Assembly (NCBI GenBank): GCA_963737155.1
Contig: CAVTRN010000001.1
Location: 864,001-928,000 of the forward strand
DNA length: 64,000 nucleotides
Direction of reading: 5' to 3'
Source: Nitrospirota bacterium
Lineage (GTDB): Bacteria; Nitrospirota; UBA9217
Under the pieces are notes generated by a model. It ran no database searches. It was not told where the DNA came from and worked only from the letters and a program-made list of their open reading frames with translations. Made by a program: the position numbers and the translations under genes. Below, piece after piece: positions 22,089-33,316 of the stretch. How positions within the stretch are numbered: the stretch's first letter is position 1; the number at the start of each line of letters is the position of its first letter.

Positions 22089-23672
22089 ATGAATTTAGAT
22101 AGCAAATATTCTGATAAAATCGATGATAAAAAGTATCGTCGTCGCATTCTGTCATGGTCTTTATACGACTGGGCTGATCATGCCTACATTACCACGACAG
22201 CGACAACTTATTTCCCACCATATTATCTCGCGATAGCCGCGCCCGCATTTATGAAAGCCGGCACTGTACTGACCGGTGATGCGGCTAAAGCCCTGGCACA
22301 GGAGACGGCCTCTGACATATTTGCCTTCACGATCTCCTTTTCCCTCTTCGTTGCGGCGATCCTTGCTCCGATCGTAGGCACCTACGCTGACATAACCGAT
22401 CAACGAAAAAAAATCCTCGTAAGAATATCAGTTGTCGGTGGAATACTCGCTTCATCGATGTTCCTGCTGAAAACCGGCATGTGGATACCTGCACTGTTGT
22501 TATATTTTTTTACCCAGATCATCATTAATATCGCCTTGGGACTGAACAGCAGTCTCTTGCCTCACATAGCGCTTCCGGAGGACATGAACCGCGCGTCAAG
22601 TCTTGGTTATGCAATGGGCTATATCGGGGGGGGCCTCCTACTTGCCATCAATACAGGCGTCTTTCTCTTCGCTGATCGGCTTGGGATTAGCAATGACTTT
22701 GCCATACGGATGGCTTTTTTTTCCGTCGGGATATGGTGGATCGGCTTCATGGGCCCCTTTGCGATAAGCGTTCCGGAACCGAGAATACAGTCTCTGGCCA
22801 GGAAAAGAAGTAGGACGCCGGTGCGCGATTCATTTGTCCAGCTCGCCAAAACCGCTCATGATATCAGTAGGTACCGCGAGCTTTTCAAAATGCTAATTGC
22901 ATTCTGGTTCTACATGGAAGGAGTTGGTGCGATCATCCTTCTTGCAACGATCTACGGTGCGGTTCTCGGACTTGATATGACAGTACTCATTGGAACACTG
23001 CTCATGACGCAGTTGGTAGCCTTCCCATATGCCATTATATTCGGCCGAATCCCTGATTCTGCTAACACGCGGCGAAGTGTCTATCTATCGATGGTACTTT
23101 GGACGGCGACGACTCTGCCTTTGGCGGGTATCTATGCAAAGAGCATCGGTCCCATCAGCGTCCTATTTACATTGCTGATTCTCGCTGTTGATCAGATCAC
23201 GGGAATAGTTTTCTCACTGACGCTCGGGCGTTTTCTTTTTTCCGGTCTTGTCAAAAAAGTAGATGCGAAACGAGCTGTCATGCTCGGGCTCGTCATATAT
23301 ATCATAATCCCGGTCTGGGGTTTTTTTCTGACAACAAAAGCAGAGTTTTTCATGATCGGATGGCTCGTAGGCACAGTTCAGGGCGGTACACAGGCACTGA
23401 GTAGAACAATTTATGCAAGGCTCTTACCTCCTTCCAAATCGGGAGAGTTCTTCGGACTTTACGGGTTGAGCGAAAAGTTCGCAGGAATTCTCGGACCATT
23501 GCTGTACGGTGCAGTAGGTCAAATCACCCACAGCCCTCGGTCAAGCATATTGTCCATCGCCGTTTTTTTTGTCATCGGCATTATCTTACTCTGGCGGGTG
23601 AATATCGAAAAAGGTGCAAGGATTGCTGCAGAAGAGGAGCATAGAGTTCAGTCTTTACTCACGGTGTTATAG
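22089..23672 (+). CDS. MFS transporter, UMF1/Atg22-like family
   Basis: SWSLYDWA, SSLGYAMGYIGG, GGTQALSRTIYARL, SGEFFGLY. Confidence 0.88.
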   Translation: MNLDSKYSDKIDDKKYRRRILSWSLYDWADHAYITTTATTYFPPYYLAIAAPAFMKAGTVLTGDAAKALAQETASDIFAFTISFSLFVAAILAPIVGTYADITDQRKKILVRISVVGGILASSMFLLKTGMWIPALLLYFFTQIIINIALGLNSSLLPHIALPEDMNRASSLGYAMGYIGGGLLLAINTGVFLFADRLGISNDFAIRMAFFSVGIWWIGFMGPFAISVPEPRIQSLARKRSRTPVRDSFVQLAKTAHDISRYRELFKMLIAFWFYMEGVGAIILLATIYGAVLGLDMTVLIGTLLMTQLVAFPYAIIFGRIPDSANTRRSVYLSMVLWTATTLPLAGIYAKSIGPISVLFTLLILAVDQITGIVFSLTLGRFLFSGLVKKVDAKRAVMLGLVIYIIIPVWGFFLTTKAEFFMIGWLVGTVQGGTQALSRTIYARLLPPSKSGEFFGLYGLSEKFAGILGPLLYGAVGQITHSPRSSILSIAVFFVIGIILLWRVNIEKGARIAAEEEHRVQSLLTVL

Positions 23673-23967
23673 TACCTACCCAGCCGATAGCAGCAAAACG
23701 ATTTGTCTTGTCCAATTCATCAAGTTATTTTGGGGAGAAATGCATAGCACGGCGGGTCCTACAGTAAATGAAACTCATGCGGCCATACTGGAATATCCTG
23801 TTACAGCGGAAACGTACAAAGCGTCCTCGATAATCTGGGACTGGATAAATGTCGCTTTTCATGCACGCGTACAGTTCTGCGACTCCAAGACATCTCTAAG
23901 TTTTGGCCGGGACTTTGGGTAACAATAATACGGAATGACACCTTTTTGCGAGGAATGGAGTAAACTG

Positions 23968-25437
23968 TCATTGTTTGATACCAGTGCCTATGTCATTTTC
24001 TTCAGCATTCCACCATCCTCCGCCAAGTGCCACAAATAGAGCGGCCGTATCCTGATAACGCTCAGCCAGAGCTTGAAGATAACCGATCTGCGCCTGATGG
24101 TACTGGCCATCTGCAACAAGAACCTGAAGATAGCTGGCCGTGCCAGCCTGGTAGTTCGCCTGAATCAATCGTAGGGTATCCTCCGCCGCATGGAGCGCAT
24201 GAGACTGAGCGTGCACCATCTCTGCATCATGTTCCAGAGCGCGCAGTGTATCGGCTACTTGCGCAAAAGCGCTGAGAACAGTCTGGCGGTAATTTGCTAG
24301 AGAGAACTGATAGGCATCAAGAGCGGCCTGCCTTCCGTACCATAACGTTCCGCCACGGAACAGGGGGGCGCTAATGCTTCCACCCAGGCTCCAAAAGGTG
24401 CTGTTACTTTTAAAAAGCTTATCGGTAGTATTACTTCCGACACCGTAAGATCCGTTCAATGTAAAGCTGGGGAATAATGACGCGGTAGCCACTCCGACTT
24501 CAGCGCTGGCACTATGGAGCTGCGCCTCAGCGGCGAGAATGTCGGGACGTTGACGAACGATCTGCGAGGGCAACGTTATCGGCAGCTCGCCGGGAAGCGT
24601 GAGGTCCGTCAGCTCGACCTGCTGCGGAATCCATTCCGCCGGCGTGCGGCCCACCAGGGTTGCAATCAGGTGCTCCGTCTGGCTTATGTTCTGGCGGAGC
24701 GGCGGAAGCGTTGCTTCATAAGAGGCAAGCTGACTCTGGAGACTGAGTACGTTCGCGTACGAGACCGTTCCAGCTTGCGCCTGAAATTCGGTAAGCTTGA
24801 TTTGTTCCCGTTGTAGACCGATCAGTTGCTCCGTGGCCTTGATCTGTTCTTGATAACCTGCCTTCGCTATCATGGCATTAACAACATTACCGGATAAGGC
24901 TATGTATGTTGCCATAACCTCAGCATGTTGAAAATCCACCTGGGCGCCGAGACTTTCCACGGCGCGGCGCTCTCCTCCGAAAACATCGAGGGTATAGCTG
25001 ACCGTAGCCGAAAGGGTGAACAAATTAAAAATGCTGCTTGGGGTAATTCCTCCTTCAGCGGCCGAAGAAGATTTTTGTCGAGATGCACCCAAACCGGCAT
25101 TCAATTGGGGATAAAATACACCATAGCCTGCGCGAAGGTTATCTTGGCTTTGGCGCAGGCCAGCCTGTGCCGACAGAAGGTTTTGATTGTTAGCGATGGC
25201 TTCTTTTACAACGGCGTCGATTTTGGGAGAGTTAAAAAGCCGCCACCAGTCCGAAACGATCTTGGCACCCTGTTCAAAGTATTGCGCCTTTCCGTCCGCT
25301 AGTATCGTCGCGGTCGGCGTTGTCCCGGTGGTGTAGCTCTCGATCGACGGCGGTTTGGGACGCTCAAAATCCGGCCCCACGGCGCAACTGAGTATACAGC
25401 ATACCAATACGGCGCACAGCCCCTTGAGACTGGACAT
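23968..25437 (-). CDS. NodT/TolC-family outer-membrane efflux lipoprotein
   Basis: Lipobox ILSCAVGPDF, DWWRLF, RQRPDILAAEAQL, ALGGGWW; SD AGAGGA before ATG 25437. Confidence 0.9.
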   Translation of the reverse strand: MSSLKGLCAVLVCCILSCAVGPDFERPKPPSIESYTTGTTPTATILADGKAQYFEQGAKIVSDWWRLFNSPKIDAVVKEAIANNQNLLSAQAGLRQSQDNLRAGYGVFYPQLNAGLGASRQKSSSAAEGGITPSSIFNLFTLSATVSYTLDVFGGERRAVESLGAQVDFQHAEVMATYIALSGNVVNAMIAKAGYQEQIKATEQLIGLQREQIKLTEFQAQAGTVSYANVLSLQSQLASYEATLPPLRQNISQTEHLIATLVGRTPAEWIPQQVELTDLTLPGELPITLPSQIVRQRPDILAAEAQLHSASAEVGVATASLFPSFTLNGSYGVGSNTTDKLFKSNSTFWSLGGSISAPLFRGGTLWYGRQAALDAYQFSLANYRQTVLSAFAQVADTLRALEHDAEMVHAQSHALHAAEDTLRLIQANYQAGTASYLQVLVADGQYHQAQIGYLQALAERYQDTAALFVALGGGWWNAEENDIGTGIKQ

Positions 25438-25538
25438 CTGTGTCCTCTTGATGCTGGCCTTCTTCGGTATTTTCGAGCAACCTGTCAGTTTTTGTCGATA
25501 CAATGACATTGACCTTTCTCGGAAAATGTTTCTTGCAT

Positions 25539-26495
25539 TCATTGTTGAGTGCCTGTACTTTTTGTCTCTTTTTCTGCAACATAAACATCCACCAGTTCAC
25601 CCGGATAAACATTGATATCTGGTAGCTTCTTAAACCTGAATATAACCGGCAATACTCTCACATCTACCGTTTCATGTCTTTCATCCGATAACTCAATTTT
25701 AGGCGATATATAAGGCTGTATCCGCACGAATTCAAGAGGAAAGCTGATATTCGTGCCTCGAATAAACATTTGCGCTCGCATTTGTGACGTTTCAGGCAGT
25801 TTGGATACGAGTATCTCGTCAATATAGCATCTGACGTTGATATAGGCTTGTGAACTTCCCATGACAAGGATCGGGTCAAATCCCTGCGTATAGCTATCGT
25901 ACGTGCCTTGCGCGGATATATAACTGCCGACCGCGCCATTGATCGCCAGGATCGTGCCATTTGCAGGTGCTTTTACAGTGTACTTATACAGCAATGCTTT
26001 GGCAAGTTCGTACTGTTTTTGCGCTAAGTTGATATTTGTTGTTGCCACTTTTACTGCATTTTCCGCGTTATCCAGATCGTTTTTAGCCACGGATCTTGGA
26101 TCCAGTTCATATGATTTCCTTATTTTGTCAAGTTGGTCCTGAACGTTTTTGAGATTTGCGATCGCGACTTCTATCTGTGATTTCTGCTGCTCGACAGTTG
26201 CCCTCTGAATGGAATCCTCGATCCTAAACAGCGGGGTACCTTTTTTTATGATTGCTCCCTCGGAAACCAGGATTTGTACGATAACTCCCGGAACCTCTGG
26301 ATATATATTAATGTTCTCGCCGGTTCCTTGATAACTTTCAACCATGCCATCGGCATAGATCCCCTTTGCATAGGGGTTGGAAGCCGGATTGAACGCAGGG
26401 GGCATAGGTTTCTGCTCTATGCCGAACATGTAGGCGCTCCCGAGTCCGATCAGCAGGCCGATGATCGCAGCGATGAATATCACCTTATTCCTCAC
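25539..26495 (-). CDS. HlyD-family periplasmic adaptor
   Basis: N-terminal TM, lipoyl-like halves (VPGVIVQILVSEG; VKAPANGTI), coiled hairpin, VDVRVLPVIF. Confidence 0.85.
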   Translation of the reverse strand: MRNKVIFIAAIIGLLIGLGSAYMFGIEQKPMPPAFNPASNPYAKGIYADGMVESYQGTGENINIYPEVPGVIVQILVSEGAIIKKGTPLFRIEDSIQRATVEQQKSQIEVAIANLKNVQDQLDKIRKSYELDPRSVAKNDLDNAENAVKVATTNINLAQKQYELAKALLYKYTVKAPANGTILAINGAVGSYISAQGTYDSYTQGFDPILVMGSSQAYINVRCYIDEILVSKLPETSQMRAQMFIRGTNISFPLEFVRIQPYISPKIELSDERHETVDVRVLPVIFRFKKLPDINVYPGELVDVYVAEKETKSTGTQQ

Positions 26496-27189
26496 GTGGT
26501 CCTCCTTTTTCGATGCCGGTGATTTTGCCGTCTTCCATTTTCATGATTTTGTCGGCGTATTCAAATATTCTGCTGTCATGGGTAACGATGATGATGCACC
26601 GATTCTCATTGAGGACATTTTTCTTGACGAAATCCACAATTCGTCTCCCCGTGTCACCGTCCAGCGATGCGGTTGGCTCGTCGAATACCAGGATATCAGG
26701 GCTGCTGGCGATCGCTCTGGCGATCGCCACCCGTTGCTGCTCCCCGCCGCTTAATTTGATCGGTTGGAGATACGCACGATCTTTAATTCCTACTATTTCA
26801 AGATACTCCATGGCCTTGTTTATGGATTCATCCCAGTCGCGCCTTTTCAGGATAAGGGGGATCGCCACGTTTTCAACTGTTGTAAGCCGCGGAAAAAGGT
26901 GGTAATCCTGAAACACGAATCCAACCTTGTTAAGTCTGAAATCGGCGATCTGGTCGCTTGGCATGCTCCAGATATCCTTGTCCTCGACCAGCACTGTGCC
27001 CGAATTCGGCTTGAGAATCCCTGAAATCAGACTTAACAAGGTTGTTTTTCCGCTGCCTGAGGGGCCCTCAATGTAAAACATTTCCCCAAAGTTGGCTTCA
27101 AAACTGACGCCCCGCACAGCAATCGTCTTTGCTTCTCCTTCGCCGAACCATTTGATCAGTTCGTGGGCTTTTACCGCCACAATGGCCAT
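26485..27189 (-). CDS. ABC exporter ATP-binding protein
   Basis: GPSGSGKTT, LSGGEQQR, DEPTASLD, VTHD. Confidence 0.92.
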   Translation of the reverse strand: MAIVAVKAHELIKWFGEGEAKTIAVRGVSFEANFGEMFYIEGPSGSGKTTLLSLISGILKPNSGTVLVEDKDIWSMPSDQIADFRLNKVGFVFQDYHLFPRLTTVENVAIPLILKRRDWDESINKAMEYLEIVGIKDRAYLQPIKLSGGEQQRVAIARAIASSPDILVFDEPTASLDGDTGRRIVDFVKKNVLNENRCIIIVTHDSRIFEYADKIMKMEDGKITGIEKGGPREE

Positions 27190-27190
27190 A

Positions 27191-28327
27191 TTATCCTCTG
27201 AAAATGTCGAATGGTTCTATCTTGAGAACTTTTCTAACACCGATATAGCTTGAAATGCCGGCGATGATCACGACCATGACAAAGGCGAAACCGAGGTTTA
27301 CATACGTTATTCTGGCTGCGTAGCTGGGCAGCCTGAGTCTTGCCATCGTGATTATGAGGGAGGCAAGACCGATACCGAGGCCGTAGCCGGTAAGCGACGT
27401 AAAAGTCGCTTGGAACAGAATCATAATTACCAGTTCCTTCCCCTTTGCTCCGATCGCTTTTAAAGCGCCGAATTTTTCCAGATTTTCAAGGATGAAGGTG
27501 TAAAATGTTTGGCCTGAAATGGATAAGCCCACGATGAAACTTATTACCGTCATGATGAGCACATTGATGCCCAGCCCTGTCTGGTACTTATAAAAAGTAG
27601 AAGTCTTATCCATAAATTCTTCATTTGTCAGCGCCTCGTACCCAAGCTGCGCTACCTGCTGCTTGATATACGGCACATCGTCATCGCTCTTCGGCTCGAC
27701 CAATATAAACGCGGTGGTAAATCTCGCGGACGGTATATAGGTGATAGCCCTGTTATACGTGGTGTAGAGGGTCGGCACTCCAAACAAGCCGCTGGTAGCG
27801 ACTTTTGCAATGCCGGTAATGACTCCCCGGTGATCGTTTATTTCGAACTCAGTTCCGATTTTGGGATTTTCGAGCTTGGGGAATTCCGCATCCTTAACCA
27901 CAATGAAAGCATTTTCTGCATAGATATCATCGATATTTCCTTCGATGAGCGCAGGCCTTCCATACAGGCTGGCGTCGTCCAACCCGAGAACCGTCACCGA
28001 TTGATAGACGCCATCGCGCAGCTTTACAAGCGCCCCAGCGGAATAGAGTGGTACTGCGTATTTGACGCCATTGATGCTCCGTACTGCGTTTAATACATAA
28101 TCCGGCAGAGGGATGCTATTCTGCGGGGTATTGACGGCCGGGTCTATCACCCAAAGCTTGGCACCTATGTTTAGGACAGTGGCAGACGACCGGTGCAGAA
28201 TGCCAGCGAACATCGACGTCATCATCACCATCAAAAAGACCGCGAATGTTATGCCTACGAGCAAAGCGACGAATTTACCCTTGTCATTCACTAACAACTT
28301 ATACGCGATTTTGAGAATCCCTTTCAC
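27191..28327 (-). CDS. ABC exporter permease (FtsX/DevC-like)
   Basis: GTG start after GGAGAA; GITFAVFLM, FGALKAIGA, KIEPFDIFRG. Confidence 0.88.
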   Translation of the reverse strand: MKGILKIAYKLLVNDKGKFVALLVGITFAVFLMVMMTSMFAGILHRSSATVLNIGAKLWVIDPAVNTPQNSIPLPDYVLNAVRSINGVKYAVPLYSAGALVKLRDGVYQSVTVLGLDDASLYGRPALIEGNIDDIYAENAFIVVKDAEFPKLENPKIGTEFEINDHRGVITGIAKVATSGLFGVPTLYTTYNRAITYIPSARFTTAFILVEPKSDDDVPYIKQQVAQLGYEALTNEEFMDKTSTFYKYQTGLGINVLIMTVISFIVGLSISGQTFYTFILENLEKFGALKAIGAKGKELVIMILFQATFTSLTGYGLGIGLASLIITMARLRLPSYAARITYVNLGFAFVMVVIIAGISSYIGVRKVLKIEPFDIFRG

Positions 28328-29084
28328 AGCTGTTCTCCATTTATGGCACGGCGACGCGAGTGTTGGCGACTGGTCTGTTAGCGCTACCGATGATGACGGG
28401 AGTGTTTCGTGTTTGCGAAGCACTCATCTGAAAATGAGCTGGAATACGACAGTCATATGATACGCCTGAACTTACACAGTATCTGCTTCGAGGGCGACTC
28501 TCCGTAATGTCAAAGGGAAGACTCAGATGGCCTTATTTTAGCATATTTTCTGGCTTGCCGTTAAAACTCGATCCGTGACCTGTCTTGTGCGTTATTCGGT
28601 CGCAAAGCCGGTGAGGTTGTATTAATAAACCGCTTCTCATGCACGGTCAAGTCTAATCCGCAATCCACGATCATCACAAATGAACTGTTTAACGTTGTGA
28701 TCGCCCATGGCTGCATCCTGACATGAAACTGCAGCATCCGTCGTGAAGGCTATTAAGTATTTCGAGAAAGATCATTACTGGCCGGAATGCACGGAGAGCC
28801 GGTATTTTGATGATTGCATGTGCATCTTCATCTAGCAATCCTCTTTAATGAATCTTTGAAATAGGCTTGTTTTATGCTCACAAATTTTCTACATCATTAT
28901 TAAATAGACAATAGATTCAGTAAGTCTCTCAGCTTTCAAAAGTGATACCCTTTCATATTGACCCAGTTGGATTCATAATGACCCGGTCAGATTGATCAAT
29001 CAAGTATCAAAAACTTCTTCGTTAATCGCCTCAACTAACTGTAAATGTTATTTTTTTAAGCGCCTGAAGAGCATCAATTCTCCA

Positions 29085-29100
29085 TGGCATAGTGCTTGCT
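29085..29100 (+). promoter_or_regulatory. sigma54 (-24/-12) promoter
   Basis: TGGCATAGTGCTTGCT, near-consensus GG-N10-GC. Confidence 0.65.
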
Positions 29101-29775
29101 TTTATAAGGTAAGATAATTCTATGCCGAAACCAGAAGCTGTTATTCCTCTGCAACGAATCCAGAGCACAAATAGAAGGAGATGCATGATATTCTGCCCGG
29201 TCTTTTTTACAAGCACACAGCATTCTTTCTCGTCGGCTTGGAGCACTACATTCCCATTCAGCTCCAGATCAAAGAGTCGGAGCGATCGATTTCATATGTT
29301 GTGTTCCTTGTTCCAGCACGTTAAGGACGTTAATCCTATGCATCAAAACGGATTGGTCTGTAAATATAACAAAATATTCCGTTCAGTAACTGAAGCGGAT
29401 GCAGATGATGCTCGTCTCGCGTAAAAGAACGCAAGAGAAGAAGAGCGGCGTTTGAAAATGATCACACGTGAAGAAATGCAAGAAATCCTTAAGGGGTCTC
29501 AGGCTGGGCCCTACCGGAGTGCCAAGGGGTAGCAGTCAGCCCAGCGCCATACGCGCTGAATCGACCCCTGTTCATAGATGACGAATCTCGTTATCGGCAG
29601 CACGAATGATCCGTTATTTAGCGATTTCACCGCCGACGGTTTCTGGGATCTCTTGGCGAAGTTAAGTTATTCACGTCCAAACAGCTCATTGGAGGCGGCT
29701 TCTGTTTAGCCCAGGCTGCATCTTCCAATGTTGCCCGTCTGTTGCTGTAGCACCAGGACTTGGAGGCAGGTATAT

Positions 29776-30261
29776 ATGACAGATCGCCACAATGACACCC
29801 ACAAGCCCACTGAATCGCCAGGACGTGATCAGCAGCAGGAGATCCTGTTAGTTGATGACGACAATTCAAACCTGATATACATGTCTGAGATCCTGCGGAT
29901 GAGCGGCTATGTCGTCGCATCTTTTCACGATGCGCCTTCAGCCCTTTTGGCGATTCGCGAAGGTATCAGGTTCGATCTCGTGATAACCGACTATCGTATG
30001 CTCGGTATGAACGGCTTGGAATTTATCGAAGCCCTGAGACGTCTGCTTCCCGTTGTGCCGGTGATCATGCTCACCGCTCACGGCGACATCGACACCTATT
30101 TCAAGGCGCTCAATCTAGGCGTCTTCGAATACGTCCACAAACCATTGAAAAAAAGCGAGATTCTCAGAATCACAAAAGTGGCACTGGACAAGGGCATGCA
30201 AGTGGGGGTTCCCTCCGTTCGGGGGCTCGGACAGCCCATCCTGGTCGATAAAGAGCAATAA
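29776..30261 (+). CDS. Single-domain response regulator
   Basis: LLVDDD, ITDYRMLGMNG, LTAHG, YVHKP; SD GGAGG. Confidence 0.9.
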   Translation: MTDRHNDTHKPTESPGRDQQQEILLVDDDNSNLIYMSEILRMSGYVVASFHDAPSALLAIREGIRFDLVITDYRMLGMNGLEFIEALRRLLPVVPVIMLTAHGDIDTYFKALNLGVFEYVHKPLKKSEILRITKVALDKGMQVGVPSVRGLGQPILVDKEQ

Positions 30262-30283
30262 CTATGTACAGCTCCTTCCAGAC

Positions 30284-31501
30284 ATGGAAGAGCAGCTAAT
30301 GCAAATTTTATTATCAAATGGCATTGACTGCATGGTAAGAAATGGAAATATTATGAGCGATAATTGTACAATTGAATATTCGACCGAGGTTAGAGACAAT
30401 GAAATGTGTCGTATCACTCCTTGGGACAATCAACATCCTGATGGCGAGGCTCACCTTTGTTCTTGTGTAAACCATAAAAAATTATCATTTCATACTGATA
30501 ATAAATTATGCATATGCTCATGGGATCAGGAAATCGAAACACATTCAGGACGGTCGTGTTCACATGCCATCGGAAATAAATACTACGAAATTCTTCCCAG
30601 AATAATGGTGGATGATAAAGATGCGATTGCCGAAGCAATTAAAAAAAATAAGGCAATAATATGTAAGGGTTACTCATTCAATTGTTTGGCGGGATGTATT
30701 AGGGCTGATATTCAAATTATGCCCATAAAACCGGACGGTTGTAAACAAGTTGAACTGGTAAAAGTCTTGATCCAGCCCTATTCAGTGTGCGCGGCGGAGA
30801 AGAAACTACATCATTCCCAGAAATTGATTGACATCGGCAAGATAGCATCCACCTTGGCTCATGGTGTACGAAACCCGCTGAATGCGATTAAAGGCGCCGT
30901 TGTTTACCTCAGGGAAAAATACCGTACCGAGGAGACACTCGCCGAATTCACCGCTATCATGGAAGATGAGATAACGCGCCTCGAGAATTTTATCACGAAT
31001 TTTCTGAGTTCATCAGTCTCGGAAACGGATCAGCGCTTAACAGACATAAATGCGTTATTGAAGAAAGTCGAAGTCTTCACCTCTCTCCAGATGTATTCGC
31101 GTAATATTCAATCGCGGTTCGAGTTCGGAGAAATTCCTCTCATCACCATGAATTCCTTTCATCTTGAGCAGGCAATTCTCAACGTCATGAATAACGCGAT
31201 CGAAGCAATGCAGAACGGCGGGAAGCTGAGCATTAAGACGGACACAGTAGAATGCTTCAGCAGTCCTTTTATCGTCATCGCAATCTCGGACAGCGGCCCC
31301 GGGATGGCCGATAAAAACCCCGATGACATCATTCCCAGCAGCAACGGCAATGGGAGGGGATTTGGCCTCTCCATCATCAATGAAATTATGAAGCACTATG
31401 GCGGTCATATGGAGATAGACAGCAAGAAAAATGAGGGAACAACGATTTCATTATTCATTCCTAATCGTACACTCATAACCTCGTCAGGACGCACATCGTA
31501 G
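30284..31501 (+). CDS. Cytoplasmic sensor histidine kinase with Cys-rich PAS-like N-terminus (start uncertain)
   Basis: H-box LAHGVRNPL, N-box NVMNNAIEAM, DSGPG, GRGFGL. Confidence 0.85.
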   Translation: MEEQLMQILLSNGIDCMVRNGNIMSDNCTIEYSTEVRDNEMCRITPWDNQHPDGEAHLCSCVNHKKLSFHTDNKLCICSWDQEIETHSGRSCSHAIGNKYYEILPRIMVDDKDAIAEAIKKNKAIICKGYSFNCLAGCIRADIQIMPIKPDGCKQVELVKVLIQPYSVCAAEKKLHHSQKLIDIGKIASTLAHGVRNPLNAIKGAVVYLREKYRTEETLAEFTAIMEDEITRLENFITNFLSSSVSETDQRLTDINALLKKVEVFTSLQMYSRNIQSRFEFGEIPLITMNSFHLEQAILNVMNNAIEAMQNGGKLSIKTDTVECFSSPFIVIAISDSGPGMADKNPDDIIPSSNGNGRGFGLSIINEIMKHYGGHMEIDSKKNEGTTISLFIPNRTLITSSGRTS

Positions 31502-33166
31502 TAATAGTCAACGACCCGACTGCTTTCCCACTGCCCCCAGTAACCACAGACGGTGCGACAGAAAATTCGAGCAAGCAATCGGCGAAGCGAGCAGCTGTTG
31601 CTTGCGTCTCCGATAACGTGGCCGTAGCTCAAAACATGGGCCAACAAAGTCGTCTTCTCCGACGCATTCTTTCTATAAGTTAAAGGAAGATTGGCGTCCC
31701 CTCCGCGCTACTAGAATTACCTCTTGATACGGACTCCATCCCGAACGCACGGAGAGGCCGACACCGAATGATAAGCGGGTTGGAGAAGTCCCACGTCCCT
31801 GTCCCCTCAGGCTCCAATGGGCCCAGTCCTCATAACGGGAAAAAAGAAGAGGGTGTAATGCAGTTTGATGCTCACTATCAGCGATGATGCTTTCGCTGTT
31901 GAATATGCTGGCACCAACCAATCCATTGAATCGGAAGTGATTTATGTGCCAGTACTTAAAACTCCGCACCCCGATCCATGTGGCCGATGCTCTCGCACTT
32001 TATGTTCTATGCCGTCATCGGAAGCGAACTGAGGAAATTACTCGCAGGGCTGTGTGTTGTCAAATCGCTCGACGTATCGTTGCCAGGCAGGCGATAATAA
32101 AATCACAGTATGAATTTATATAGAGAAATAATCCTAGCTATAAAAAACCTTTGGGCTGTGCCGACGATCCTAGGAAATAGGGATTCAAAGATTGTAAGTC
32201 TGGAGCCATCCCATAGTGACGCTTGCAACGCTCCATGTCCGACAGGAACCTTTCGGTCAGGATATGGGAGGACGGGCTTCGCGCTTTTGTAAACGTCAAT
32301 GACCGTGCCAGAACTTCTGGCATGGTGATTACGAGTTCCGTTTAGAATCGGTATGAATGCTGGTATTCAACGATTACATTTAAATTTTGTTTTTGTGATG
32401 AAATGCCCTTTATATACACATTATCGAAGTTTAGCAATACTTCAGGTGGTGAGCAAGGCGCCGAAGGACCTACAGCTGTTTTTATGAAAGACTGAGGCTG
32501 CCGATGCCGAACAACCGAAGTTAGTTCAAGATGTGGTGCCGACTTTTTTTGCCACCTCTGCGAATTAACATGCTGATTTATGGGAACTTTTCATATTTTA
32601 AACTACGGAAGATGGGCTGGCTCCGATGAAAAAAGAGGATAGGGATCACGAATCATCGGAGGAAATGAAGTGGAAGAGTTTATCAAGCCCTTCCGCCCCC
32701 GATGTTTGATTTTGTCCAAATAAGACGCCAGATTTAAACTAGCCATATTGTTTTGCAATTTCAATTTGTTACGGTAGCTTACCGATAAGTCGGATAATAT
32801 CTGGAAGACAATGTTATTACACGAACTAACAGAAGGAGAATGATATTTTTACCCTTTTTATTTTCTTCGTGTCTTAATTAACTCAAACGCTTACCACAAG
32901 GTTTTTTCGAAACCTCCTCATTATTTATAATGTAGTTGGCATAAAAAAAACCATTTGATTCAAGATAAAATTTATTTTTTAGTGATGTCTATGAAGAAAA
33001 GCAAGAGTAGTTACGAGATGGCAAACCTTAGGGATACCGATTCCGGAATTCGTTTTTGTCGCTGTTGCTAAAGCAACCGGGGTTACAGCCGAATATAAAA
33101 ACGTTAGCGCAAATTAAAAAACATCCGTTGGAACATGATCTTCTCACGCTGTAAAACGATATTTCA

Positions 33167-33195
33167 TTGAAATACTCAAGAAAAAATGCTACAAT
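33167..33195 (+). promoter_or_regulatory. sigma70-type promoter upstream of mdtA
   Basis: TTGAAA-17 nt-TACAAT with extended -10 TG. Confidence 0.55.
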
Positions 33196-33316
33196 GCCGT
33201 TTTACAAATCATCTTTGCAGCCTCCATTTATTGTCGGTCACAAATCCAGCTATTCTTAGAGTGGCGCTGCATAATGAGCAGGCATATATCCGCATTATTG
33301 AGGAGTACCTGAGACC

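Noticed and set aside
31500-31830. Possible group II intron domain V/VI remnant on the minus strand
   Set aside because: Resemblance is vague; no catalytic triad hairpin or RT fragment could be identified.
32433-32530. Degenerate palindromic repeat (CTTCAGGTGG...CAACCGAAG)
   Set aside because: Too degenerate and single-copy in this window to support a call.
33019-33093. GGCAAACC...AAAGC...GGGGTTAC resembling a c-di-GMP-I riboswitch
   Set aside because: The GAAA-capped P2 stem and the GACGCAAAGC junction are missing; spacing does not fit.
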